Source of the DNA: Candidatus Brocadiaceae bacterium
GTDB taxonomy: Bacteria; Planctomycetota; Brocadiia; Brocadiales; Brocadiaceae
NCBI GenBank assembly: GCA_030650655.1
Contig: JAUSDH010000177.1
Coordinates: 1 to 21,964, forward strand
Direction of reading: 5' to 3'
Length of the DNA: 21,964 nt
The notes beneath the pieces are model-generated. The model was given only the letters and a program-made list of their open reading frames with translations, did not search any database and was not told where the DNA came from. Made by a program: the position numbers and the translations under genes. Below, in pieces: positions 7,185 to 15,619 of the stretch. The number at the start of each line of letters is the position of its first letter. Position 1 is the first letter of the stretch.

Positions 7185-8882
7185 CTATCGTAAATATGCC
7201 TCGGTTACATATCGACGCATCATGCGATGGCTGTTGAAATAATAGGCAATTTTGCCAATAGAATTTTTCATAATTTTTATCCACTGGTTTCTGTCGTGAT
7301 AATACATTGGGATTATGATATTTTCCAACTTATAGTACAAATCATCAGCATCTGCCGCATCGTTAATATTCGTAAGAGAAGATTCTGTAGGTTTAGGGCC
7401 AATAGACCAACCGGTTATTCCTTCGATATGCCCCTCAATCCACCACCCATCCAAAACACTGAAATTGATTACGCCATTGTGGGCGGCTTTCATACCGCTG
7501 GTGCCTGATGCCTCTCGTGGACGCAATGGTGTATTGAGCCAAACATCTACTCCTGAGACCAACTTTAATGCCATTTCTATATTGTAATCCTTTAAAAATA
7601 CGATCTTGATTTTGTCGTTAACTTTTTTTGAAAGATCGATGATCCTTTTTATGATGTCTTTGCCAGGAGTATCTTTGGGGTGTGCCTTTCCAGCGTAAAG
7701 GATCTGGAACTCGCCTTTTTCACATAGCGTCAATAGACGGTCAAGGTCTGAAAATATTAAATCGGCTCTTTTGTACGAAGTAAATCGCCTTGCAAACCCA
7801 AAAGTTAAAACATCTACCTTGATATCTATGCCTGCTGATTTATTTACATATTGAATAAGGTCTTTTTTAGCCTGGAGATGTGCTTCCCACAATTCTCCAT
7901 CCGGGATGATTTCTGAACGAACGAATAATTCTGGTTCGTTGGCCCAACCGGGAATATATTTATCATATAATTGCTTCATGCCTTCACACGTCCATGTAAA
8001 TGAATGAACACCATTGGTAATGGCATTGATTTCGTAACCAGGGAACAAGGCTTTCGATACCTCTCCGTGCTTTTTAGCGACACCGTTGACATAATTGCTC
8101 AGGTTTAACCCAAGACGTGTCATATTGAGATGATTCTCGCCTCCAAGCTTTTTTAATTGTTCCAGTGGGATTACCTCACCCATCACTTTTTTTACAAGGT
8201 CATAGGAGAATCGGTCATGGCCTGCGTCTATAGGGGTGTGTGTCGTAAATACACACAACTCTCTTACTGCATCAATATCCCAGATCCATCGCTCATCCCA
8301 GACACTTTCGATGTCCCTTTTGTACATCAGAAGCAGTTCAAGCGTCAATAAGCTGGCGTGTCCTTCGTTCATATGGTACTTTTTGATATGAAAACCAAGC
8401 GCATGGAGCATGCGTACTCCGCCGATACCCAGTACAATTTCCTGCTTTAGGCGATAACGATCATCACCACCATATAAAAAGGCAGTTATCTCACGGTCTT
8501 CTTTTGTATTTTCCTCGACGTCTGTATCGAGATAGATCACATCTACTTTTCCTCCGGTAACGCTTTGCACATTGTAACGCCAGGCCTGAATATAAACGTC
8601 GCGCCCTTCAATTTGGACCGCAATCTTTCTGGATAAGCGTATCAGAAACTTTGATGGATCCCAAACTATAGGATATTCAATTTGTCTTCCATCACTGTCA
8701 ATATCCTGACGAAAGTAACCCTTTTTTGAGAGTAGAGTGACGGCAACCATGGGTATTTTGAGGTCTGCGCCTGATTTTATGGTGTCTCCCGCGAGGACGC
8801 CCAGACCGCCGCTATAGGTTGGTATGTTGTTGGAGATGCCAATCTCCATAGAAAAATAGGCAATTTTTACTTCGTTATTCAT
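7185..8882 (-). CDS. glgP: Alpha-glucan (glycogen/maltodextrin) phosphorylase, short GT35 type
   Basis: 'IAYFSMEIG...PTYSGGLGVLAGDTIKSGADL..PMVAVTLL...GYFRQ' N-terminus and PLP-lysine motif 'EASGTSGMKAAHNG'. 565 aa. Confidence 0.9.
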   Translation of the reverse strand: MNNEVKIAYFSMEIGISNNIPTYSGGLGVLAGDTIKSGADLKIPMVAVTLLSKKGYFRQDIDSDGRQIEYPIVWDPSKFLIRLSRKIAVQIEGRDVYIQAWRYNVQSVTGGKVDVIYLDTDVEENTKEDREITAFLYGGDDRYRLKQEIVLGIGGVRMLHALGFHIKKYHMNEGHASLLTLELLLMYKRDIESVWDERWIWDIDAVRELCVFTTHTPIDAGHDRFSYDLVKKVMGEVIPLEQLKKLGGENHLNMTRLGLNLSNYVNGVAKKHGEVSKALFPGYEINAITNGVHSFTWTCEGMKQLYDKYIPGWANEPELFVRSEIIPDGELWEAHLQAKKDLIQYVNKSAGIDIKVDVLTFGFARRFTSYKRADLIFSDLDRLLTLCEKGEFQILYAGKAHPKDTPGKDIIKRIIDLSKKVNDKIKIVFLKDYNIEMALKLVSGVDVWLNTPLRPREASGTSGMKAAHNGVINFSVLDGWWIEGHIEGITGWSIGPKPTESSLTNINDAADADDLYYKLENIIIPMYYHDRNQWIKIMKNSIGKIAYYFNSHRMMRRYVTEAYLR

Positions 8883-10521
8883 TTGTATTGGGAGAAGAAA
8901 GTTTGCTCATCCTTTGGGTGAGAAAAATATTTTCAGAATAGTCAACCGGGCAATCGACAACGCTGACGCCACGTTGTTTGAGGGCATCTTGTAAAATCGG
9001 TTTTAGATCATTTGCAGACTCTACACGATAGCCTTTGGCGCCAAAGCTTTCTGCATATTTGACAAAGTCGGGATTAGAGAAGTCAACAAATGCAGACCGT
9101 CCAAAGAAATTCAATTGTTTTGATTTAATGACACCATAGCTGTTATCATGAAAAATTAATGATACGAATGAGAGACCAAGACGAGTGTCCGTTTCTATTT
9201 CCTGCGAATTCATGAGAAAGCCGCCATCACCCATAATAGCAATGACCCGCCGCTCTGGGTATACCAATTTTGCAGCGATCGCACTAGGCAGTGCAATACC
9301 CATAGATGCAAAACCATTAGAAATAATGCAGGTATTGGGTTTGTACACAGGGTACATACGCGAAATCCATAATTTATGAGCGCCTACATCGCTGATCAAA
9401 ATATCATCAGGTTTTAATACTTCACGGACATCACATAATATTTTTTGCGGTTTCATCGGAAATGACCTATCGTCGTGTGTAATTTTACATTCTTCTGTGA
9501 CAGAATTCCTCAAAATACTGATAATATGTTTTGTTTCTTTTATTCTGACCATACCAGACAAATGGTCAAGGGTTTCAGAAATTTTACCAATTACTTCCAT
9601 ATCAACATTATAATAGGCGTCTACCTCGCTCGGAGTAACGTCGATGTGAAGTATCTTCTTTGACTTATGTGGATTCCATTTGTAGGGGGGGTATTCCACA
9701 AGGTCATATCCGATAGCAATAATTAAATCTGCCTGGTCAAAACCGCAAGAAATATGGTCGTCATCCCTCAAGCCAATTGAAAGCAATGAGAGAGGACAAT
9801 CATCTGAGATTGCTCCTTTGCCCATAAACGTGGTGGCTACAGGTATATTTAATTTTACTGCAAAGTTAGTCAAAGATTCAGAAGCACACGATTGAAGGAC
9901 ACCATTTCCCGCAAGAACAACGGGATAGTTTTCATCTGAAATTAACTTCGCGGCAATTCCTAATGTCTCTTCGGTGGGGTAGGGAGTATGTGCCTCGTCT
10001 TTCAAGGGAATTGGTAGAGCTATGAGGTCTGCCTTTGCTACGTCCTCTGGAAAGTCAATATGAGTGGCACCTGGTTTTTCCATCTGGGCGAGTTTAAATG
10101 CCTTCCTGACAACCTCGGGGATAATATCGGCTGTATGGACAAGGGTATTCCATTTTGTAATGGGCTTGAATAGAGCAACGGTGTCCATATATTGATGAGA
10201 GTCCTTGTGCATACGGTCAAGACTGGCCTGTCCTGTGATAGCAACGAGAGGTACTCGATCCAGATTGGCATCGGCGACGCCCATTACAAGGTTGGGCGCT
10301 TCTGGGCCAAGTGTAGATAAACACACACCTGCCTTACCTGTCAGACGACCATAGACATCTGCCATAAAAGCAGCAGCTTGTTCATGGCGTGTTGGAATGA
10401 ATTGTATCTTTGAATCCAACAGAGAGTCGAGGATGTCTATGTTTTCCTCGCCGGGGATTCCAAAGATATAACGAACACCCTCGTTTTCCAAACATTTTAC
10501 AAGCAGGTCTGATGCCTTCAT
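8875..10521 (-). CDS. Thiamine-diphosphate enzyme, acetolactate-synthase (AlsS/IlvB)-like
   Basis: 'LVKCLENEGVRYIFGIPGEENIDILDSL', catalytic-Glu region 'RHEQAAAFMA', and ThDP motif 'GDGGFLMNSQEIET'. 548 aa. Overlaps the glgP start by 8 nt. The usual 'GPGATN' reads 'GPEAPN' here. Confidence 0.85.
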   Translation of the reverse strand: MKASDLLVKCLENEGVRYIFGIPGEENIDILDSLLDSKIQFIPTRHEQAAAFMADVYGRLTGKAGVCLSTLGPEAPNLVMGVADANLDRVPLVAITGQASLDRMHKDSHQYMDTVALFKPITKWNTLVHTADIIPEVVRKAFKLAQMEKPGATHIDFPEDVAKADLIALPIPLKDEAHTPYPTEETLGIAAKLISDENYPVVLAGNGVLQSCASESLTNFAVKLNIPVATTFMGKGAISDDCPLSLLSIGLRDDDHISCGFDQADLIIAIGYDLVEYPPYKWNPHKSKKILHIDVTPSEVDAYYNVDMEVIGKISETLDHLSGMVRIKETKHIISILRNSVTEECKITHDDRSFPMKPQKILCDVREVLKPDDILISDVGAHKLWISRMYPVYKPNTCIISNGFASMGIALPSAIAAKLVYPERRVIAIMGDGGFLMNSQEIETDTRLGLSFVSLIFHDNSYGVIKSKQLNFFGRSAFVDFSNPDFVKYAESFGAKGYRVESANDLKPILQDALKQRGVSVVDCPVDYSENIFLTQRMSKLSSPNTNE

Positions 10522-10559
10522 AAATTTTTAAATATTTCCAGACACATAATTATAGGTAA

Positions 10560-11993
10560 TTATAAATGTATTGGTTTATCAACAGCAGCATGTGCAGCCT
10601 CTAGAATTGCTTCAGAGAGAGTAGGGTGGGGATATATATTGCTCGATAGCTCAGAAGCCGTACCTTCTAAAATTGTGGTAAGTGAAATACCCCACATTAA
10701 CTCTCCCACATTTGGTCCTACAGCATGCGCTCCTAATATTTCACCGTATTTTTCATCTGCAATAATCTTTACAAACCCATCCTCATATTCTCCGTCAATA
10801 ATGGCCTTACTATTGGCAATGAGTGGAAATTTTCCCACTTTTATTTTGTATCCTTTGTTTTCAGCCTCTTCTTGTGTAAGTCCTACACTTGCTACTTGTG
10901 GAGAGCAATAGGTCACCCGTGGAATGTTTTGATAATTTATTGGGGTAGTTTCTTTGCCTGCAATGTGGGAAACGGCCCAAAGACCTTCATTTGAAGCCTT
11001 ATGAGCTAAAAGGGGAGGGCCAGTAATGTCTCCAATTGCATAGAGCCCCTTTTGGCTGGTTTCCATAACTTCATTCGTTTGCAAATATTTTCCTTTAAAA
11101 TTTAATGACAGTTTTTCTATTCCAAGATGGGTCAAGGCGGGTGTTCTACCTAAAGCCAGGAGTAAATAATCTGCCTTTAAATAGTCCTTGTTTTCGGTTG
11201 TGGTAGGGGAGTGGGGGGTATCAATCTTGCTTTTTATTTCTACACGAACGCCATTATCAACTTCAACCTTCTCTAATGAGGTTTTTGTCAGAATGTCCAC
11301 GCCTCTTTTCGTAAGTATTTTCCTTAAAGTAGCGCGGATTTCTTTGTCTTCGGCAGGAAGAACGTCATCCAGAAGTTCTACGATGGTAACTTTTGAACCA
11401 AGGATATTAAAAAGATACGCGAACTCAATTCCTACAGCACCGCCACCCGCTATAATAATTGATTTAGGAATTTCTTCTTGTAATAAGATGTTATCACTGG
11501 TGAGTACGTATTTCGCATCGTGGGGAATTGTACGAGGAATGAGTGGAACAGAACCGGTAGCCAAGATAACATTTTTTGCTGATAATTCGACAATGTCTGT
11601 TCCATTTTTTTTAATCAATACGTTATTTGCAGAGGTGAGTTGCCCTTCACCTTCAAAGACCTCAACACCATTTTTTTTGAGGAGAAATTGCGTTCCCTGG
11701 AATAATCGTTTAACGACAGACTCTTTGCGTCGATGAAACTGTGGATAATTAATTCCTAATTTATCAAAAGTAATTCCATATTCATGTGCCTTAAGTAACT
11801 TACGGTAAATGTCTGCAGAATGTAAGAGTACTTTTGTTGGAATGCAACCCTGATGCAAACACGTACCACCAACTTTATTCTTTTCGACGAGTGCAGTCTT
11901 TATTCCAAGCTGAGCAGCCTTTATAGCGGATACGTAACCGCCAGGCCCGCCACCAATGATTACAAGATCGAAGGCAGCGCTTCTCTCAGGCAA
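10560..11993 (-). CDS. lpd: Dihydrolipoyl dehydrogenase (E3 / L-protein-type flavoprotein disulfide reductase)
   Basis: 'DLVIIGGGPGGY' FAD motif, redox disulfide 'GGTCLHQGCIPTK', C-terminal 'HPTLSEA' dimerisation/His-Glu region. TTG start 6 nt after SD 'aggagg'. Confidence 0.9.
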   Translation of the reverse strand: MPERSAAFDLVIIGGGPGGYVSAIKAAQLGIKTALVEKNKVGGTCLHQGCIPTKVLLHSADIYRKLLKAHEYGITFDKLGINYPQFHRRKESVVKRLFQGTQFLLKKNGVEVFEGEGQLTSANNVLIKKNGTDIVELSAKNVILATGSVPLIPRTIPHDAKYVLTSDNILLQEEIPKSIIIAGGGAVGIEFAYLFNILGSKVTIVELLDDVLPAEDKEIRATLRKILTKRGVDILTKTSLEKVEVDNGVRVEIKSKIDTPHSPTTTENKDYLKADYLLLALGRTPALTHLGIEKLSLNFKGKYLQTNEVMETSQKGLYAIGDITGPPLLAHKASNEGLWAVSHIAGKETTPINYQNIPRVTYCSPQVASVGLTQEEAENKGYKIKVGKFPLIANSKAIIDGEYEDGFVKIIADEKYGEILGAHAVGPNVGELMWGISLTTILEGTASELSSNIYPHPTLSEAILEAAHAAVDKPIHL

Positions 11994-12122
11994 TTACCCC
12001 TCCTTTTTCCATGTGAATAATATAACGAATATCAGTGCAATAGCAATAACCATAATGGCCTTTGGACTAATATCTGGAATGATCGATTTCTCCATTGATA
12101 AAGATAATAACTTGCCTATCAT
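11994..12122 (-). CDS. Small single-pass membrane peptide (42 aa), unknown function
   Basis: Below the track cutoff; hand-translated as MIGKLLSLSMEKSIIPDISPKAIMVIAIALIFVILFTWKKEG. Near-perfect SD 'aaggaggtg' 5 nt before the ATG. Its stop TAA directly abuts the lpd TTG start. Confidence 0.5.
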   Translation of the reverse strand: MIGKLLSLSMEKSIIPDISPKAIMVIAIALIFVILFTWKKEG

Positions 12123-12162
12123 GTTTCACCTCCTTTTCAAATTAAGATTTTATGGGCGAAAA

Positions 12163-12579
12163 TCAATTATGTAAAAGATACTTGTCAGAATGAGCGACTC
12201 TGTGTAAATCCATAATATTTATAATTTTTATTTTCAACTGATACTCTTCTTGTGGATATTCTTTTTCAATCTTTTCCAACTGCGGTGAGTAACCATTCAA
12301 AACAGCTACCACATTTTTCGAGACCGCTCTGCCAACTATTTGATATCCCGTATCGGTCTTTGCGTCATAAATAGCAATAGATATATTCAGATTTTCAAAA
12401 ATATTTTCTATAGTTTTTTTGCAAAACCACGACTTGAAAGCTACATGTTTATTGTCTGATAAAAAAGTTAAATCTTTAGCAACAGCGAGGTGTACCTCTT
12501 TCTTTTGGTTTGATGTTGCCACATAAAATAGTTCAACTTTTTTACTAAAATCTCTAATTCGATTCAGAATATTTTCCAT
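12163..12579 (-). CDS. Possible pyridoxamine-5'-phosphate-oxidase-like (FMN-binding split-barrel) family protein
   Basis: 138 aa. The pattern 'VELFYVATSN..KEVHLAV.........VAFKSWFCKKTIENI.EN.NISIAIYD.....GYQIVGRA' resembles PNPOx-like small flavoproteins. Assignment by pattern only. Confidence 0.4.
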   Translation of the reverse strand: MENILNRIRDFSKKVELFYVATSNQKKEVHLAVAKDLTFLSDNKHVAFKSWFCKKTIENIFENLNISIAIYDAKTDTGYQIVGRAVSKNVVAVLNGYSPQLEKIEKEYPQEEYQLKIKIINIMDLHRVAHSDKYLLHN

Positions 12580-12619
12580 GACACAACCGTCGAACTCAAA
12601 ACCAAGATTATTATCAATT

Positions 12620-12660
12620 ATAAAGGCACATCAACAGTTTTGAAATTGATGTGCCTTTAT
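12620..12660 (-). terminator. Hairpin terminator closing the ACP-to-radical-SAM operon
   Basis: Perfect 15-bp inverted repeat ATAAAGGCACATCAA (12620-12634) / TTGATGTGCCTTTAT (12646-12660) with an 11-nt loop, 33 nt downstream of the radical SAM stop. On the transcribed strand the A/T-rich base of the stem is followed by 'aattgataataat' rather than a clean U-run. Confidence 0.6.
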
Positions 12661-12692
12661 AAATTTCATTAAGAATTCATGTTTTAATGTAT

Positions 12693-14153
12693 TTATGTGG
12701 TTACTGTTTCCATAACGGGTTTTGAAACAGGTACTGCACTTGATTTGTACCAGTCCTGATAATAATCGCCTGAATCGTATAATTCCTTTAAATTCTGCAA
12801 TACTTGTTCAAAGACCTGCTTCCAATCTGAACCTACCCTGAACGCAAACATGGAGTTTCGGGGATTCTTTGTTGTTTTAATTGAGTTTCTGAATCGTGTT
12901 CTTAGATTATCACCTGCATAAATATGGTCGTAAACATACTGCATGCCGTCAATAAAATCTTCTAATGTCATGTCTACGAAACGGTGTACCACATGGGCTG
13001 TATCGTAGTATTGCCAATCCTCTGGATAGTTTTTCCTGAAGATCCTCTTTTCTGAATCAAGTCTTGCATAGAGTTGTGTCTTGGGGAATGGACAGTTAAT
13101 ACCAAAGGTGAGAATATCAATATTGTTTTCCAATATAAATTCAGTCATTCGCTTAAAAGAATCTTTGCCATCTCCATCGGCTCCAAATACTACGGAGCCC
13201 CAGACAACCAAGCCGGCATTATGTATCTTTTGTATACAATCATAATAACTATCGGTACCCAACTTCAGATTTACACGTTTATTCATTTTCTCCAAAACGG
13301 CCTCATTCGTAGATTCTATACCGATAAGCATACCAAAATTGCCGCTCTTGGCCATATAATCTAATATTTCAGAGTCTTGAGAGATGTTTAACGCAGTGAA
13401 TCCTAGCCAATCTTTGTGTATTCCACGTTCCACCATTCCCTTGAAAAGGTCTCTCGCCCTCTCGTTTGATTTTTTACCATGACCATAGAAGTTATCTTCC
13501 GCCAACATCAATCCCTTGTAATCTGTGGCTGCCATCTCATCGAGGACATCTCCATAAGGTCTTTCCCTGAATTTTCTGCCCTGGAATGTGGGTACACTGC
13601 AAAAATCACAATAGTTCGGGCATCCTTTTGTTGTTACGATGGAAGAAAATTTATAATTGTATTTTTTCTTCAAGAATTCTCGATTTGGATATACCTTCTT
13701 CATCAAACTGAGGGGAGGTAATCCACCCTGATAGACCTTTTTCAGTTTTCCCTCTTCGAAGTCTTTTATAACCTGCGGCCACACTTCTTCTGCCTCACCC
13801 ACAAAAACAGCATCAACGTAATTTGCAGCTTCTTCTGGCACAACAGATGCATGTATTCCACCCATGATTACAGTCATGCCCTTTTTCCTGCAAGCGGCAG
13901 CAATCTTATAGGCCCTGGGTGATTGATAGGTAACCGCTGTAATACACACAAGGTCAACCGGTTTAAAAGTGATTTCGTCTTTGTCATTCATTGCTAATTC
14001 AATATTTTCGTCGATAACGTCAAATTCCCAATCACCGGGTGTAAGAGCAATAACGTAGGCAAGATTTAAAGGCATTTGGACGATTACCGTAATACTCTCT
14101 TCACCATGCCTACCCGGTTTATGTGGATTAATTAACATCATTTTTCTACTCAT
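12693..14153 (-). CDS. B12-binding-domain (class B) radical SAM enzyme
   Basis: Radical SAM cluster motif 'GCPNYCDFC' (Cx3Cx2C), preceded by a ~150-aa Rossmann-like cobalamin-binding-type domain ('DLVCITAVTYQSPRAYKIAAACRKKGMTVIMGGIHASV'). ATG at 14153 lies 11 nt after GGAGG. The track ORF begins at a TTG at 14171, which would overlap the desaturase gene by 10 nt. Confidence 0.85.
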   Translation of the reverse strand: MSRKMMLINPHKPGRHGEESITVIVQMPLNLAYVIALTPGDWEFDVIDENIELAMNDKDEITFKPVDLVCITAVTYQSPRAYKIAAACRKKGMTVIMGGIHASVVPEEAANYVDAVFVGEAEEVWPQVIKDFEEGKLKKVYQGGLPPLSLMKKVYPNREFLKKKYNYKFSSIVTTKGCPNYCDFCSVPTFQGRKFRERPYGDVLDEMAATDYKGLMLAEDNFYGHGKKSNERARDLFKGMVERGIHKDWLGFTALNISQDSEILDYMAKSGNFGMLIGIESTNEAVLEKMNKRVNLKLGTDSYYDCIQKIHNAGLVVWGSVVFGADGDGKDSFKRMTEFILENNIDILTFGINCPFPKTQLYARLDSEKRIFRKNYPEDWQYYDTAHVVHRFVDMTLEDFIDGMQYVYDHIYAGDNLRTRFRNSIKTTKNPRNSMFAFRVGSDWKQVFEQVLQNLKELYDSGDYYQDWYKSSAVPVSKPVMETVTT

Positions 14154-14161
14154 ATTTTTAT

Positions 14162-15616
14162 TTACCTCCAATTCTCCATAATTAAATTAGCTACGCTCCA
14201 CCCCGAAGAGACAACGGCACAAATCCCAGGACCTGGTTTTGTCCAATGACCTGTTAAGTATAAATTTTCAATCGGTGTCTTCTGGGGAAGCCTGTTCTCC
14301 CACATTTGGTCTACAGAGGCCTCCCAGCCATAAGCGGCTCCGTTTGTGTTTGATGTGTAACGTTCCAGGGTTTTCGGTGTAGCTGACTCTCTTACTTCTA
14401 TGTATTTATTTAAATCCGGAATATATGATTCTAATCGATTGATCGTTTGTAACGTCATACTTTCTTTAAAAGATTTCCAATCGGTAACGCTTTTATACAT
14501 CGCTTTATTCAAATAGACAACCACAGATATTATTTGTTTATTTGAAGGTGCAAGGGCAGGACATATTTTTGTTGGAACGGAGATATATAACCATTCTTTG
14601 TCCATGGTACTTGCATCTGTGGCCGTGTGATAAAACCCTCTCTTTAACTTAGTTAAATCTACATCACCTCCAACACCTAAATATAAAAGGAAAAAAGAGC
14701 AACTTTCTTTCATCCCCTCGATTTTTTTAAGGAAGGATGAATCCATTTTACCTTCTAATAAATCAATGAAAGTCTGCCGGGCATCAATATTCGACACAAC
14801 TAAGCCGGATGAAATTTCATTGTCATTCTGTAACTGAATGCCTCTTACGTAATTATCATTCAGAAGGATTTTTTTGACTCTTGATGATAGCATAACGTGT
14901 CCGCCAAAATCAATAAATTTCTTAAAAATTGCATTAGCAAACTCTTGCGTACCACCCACAGGGAAAAATGCGCCATCTTTGAGATAATTGATCATCATTT
15001 GACACATTGCAATAGCAGATGCCTGAGTAGGGGGGAGACCTATATATCCCCATTGGCCGGCAAGTATCATCTTGAGTTCGTCGTTCTTAAAAAAGGCATC
15101 TAACATCTCGCCATATGTTTGGTCCTTATATTTGTCGATAATTTGACTTTTTTCATTATTAAATGTAGCACGGTAGAGTTTTATGAAATCCTGAAAAAAA
15201 TCTTTAATATTACATTTTTCCAATAGATACCGATCCTGTAAACGTGCGATATACTCGTCCAGGTCGGCTGGAATTTCAATGCTGAAGTTGTGAAAAATGA
15301 GGTGATCCATTGGGTCGAGAGAATAGAAATCCATTTCAATCCCAAGCGTCTTAAGACAGCGACCGACAACGCTCCACTTTCCGCAACCTCCGATATGGTG
15401 AACTGCTGCATCAAAGGTAAAGCCCTTTCGCTTAAAAGAAGTACAATACCCGCCAGGAATGAAGTGTTGTTCCACCAGGAGAACTTTTTTCCCACATTTG
15501 GCAAGAAATGCAGCACACACCAAGCCTGCAATGCCTGCACCAATAATAATCGCATCATAATAAGGATATAACTTATCCTTTTTTGTGGATTGAATATACG
15601 TATCGGAAGACAGCAT
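14162..15616 (-). CDS. Phytoene-desaturase (CrtI/CrtN)-family FAD-dependent oxidoreductase
   Basis: 'YDAIIIGAGIAGLVCAAFLAKCGKKVLLVEQHFIPGGYCTSF' dinucleotide-binding motif and overall CrtI-like length (484 aa). C-terminal 'LYLTGHWTKPGPGI' FAD-binding motif. Starts 3 nt after the upstream KS-like stop. Confidence 0.85.
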   Translation of the reverse strand: MLSSDTYIQSTKKDKLYPYYDAIIIGAGIAGLVCAAFLAKCGKKVLLVEQHFIPGGYCTSFKRKGFTFDAAVHHIGGCGKWSVVGRCLKTLGIEMDFYSLDPMDHLIFHNFSIEIPADLDEYIARLQDRYLLEKCNIKDFFQDFIKLYRATFNNEKSQIIDKYKDQTYGEMLDAFFKNDELKMILAGQWGYIGLPPTQASAIAMCQMMINYLKDGAFFPVGGTQEFANAIFKKFIDFGGHVMLSSRVKKILLNDNYVRGIQLQNDNEISSGLVVSNIDARQTFIDLLEGKMDSSFLKKIEGMKESCSFFLLYLGVGGDVDLTKLKRGFYHTATDASTMDKEWLYISVPTKICPALAPSNKQIISVVVYLNKAMYKSVTDWKSFKESMTLQTINRLESYIPDLNKYIEVRESATPKTLERYTSNTNGAAYGWEASVDQMWENRLPQKTPIENLYLTGHWTKPGPGICAVVSSGWSVANLIMENWR

Positions 15617-15619
15617 GAA

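Noticed and set aside
11188-11736. 182-aa plus-strand ORF
   Set aside because: Entirely antisense to lpd, whose FAD, disulfide and dimerisation motifs are unambiguous. Its Ser/Thr/Pro-rich composition is typical of antisense frames.
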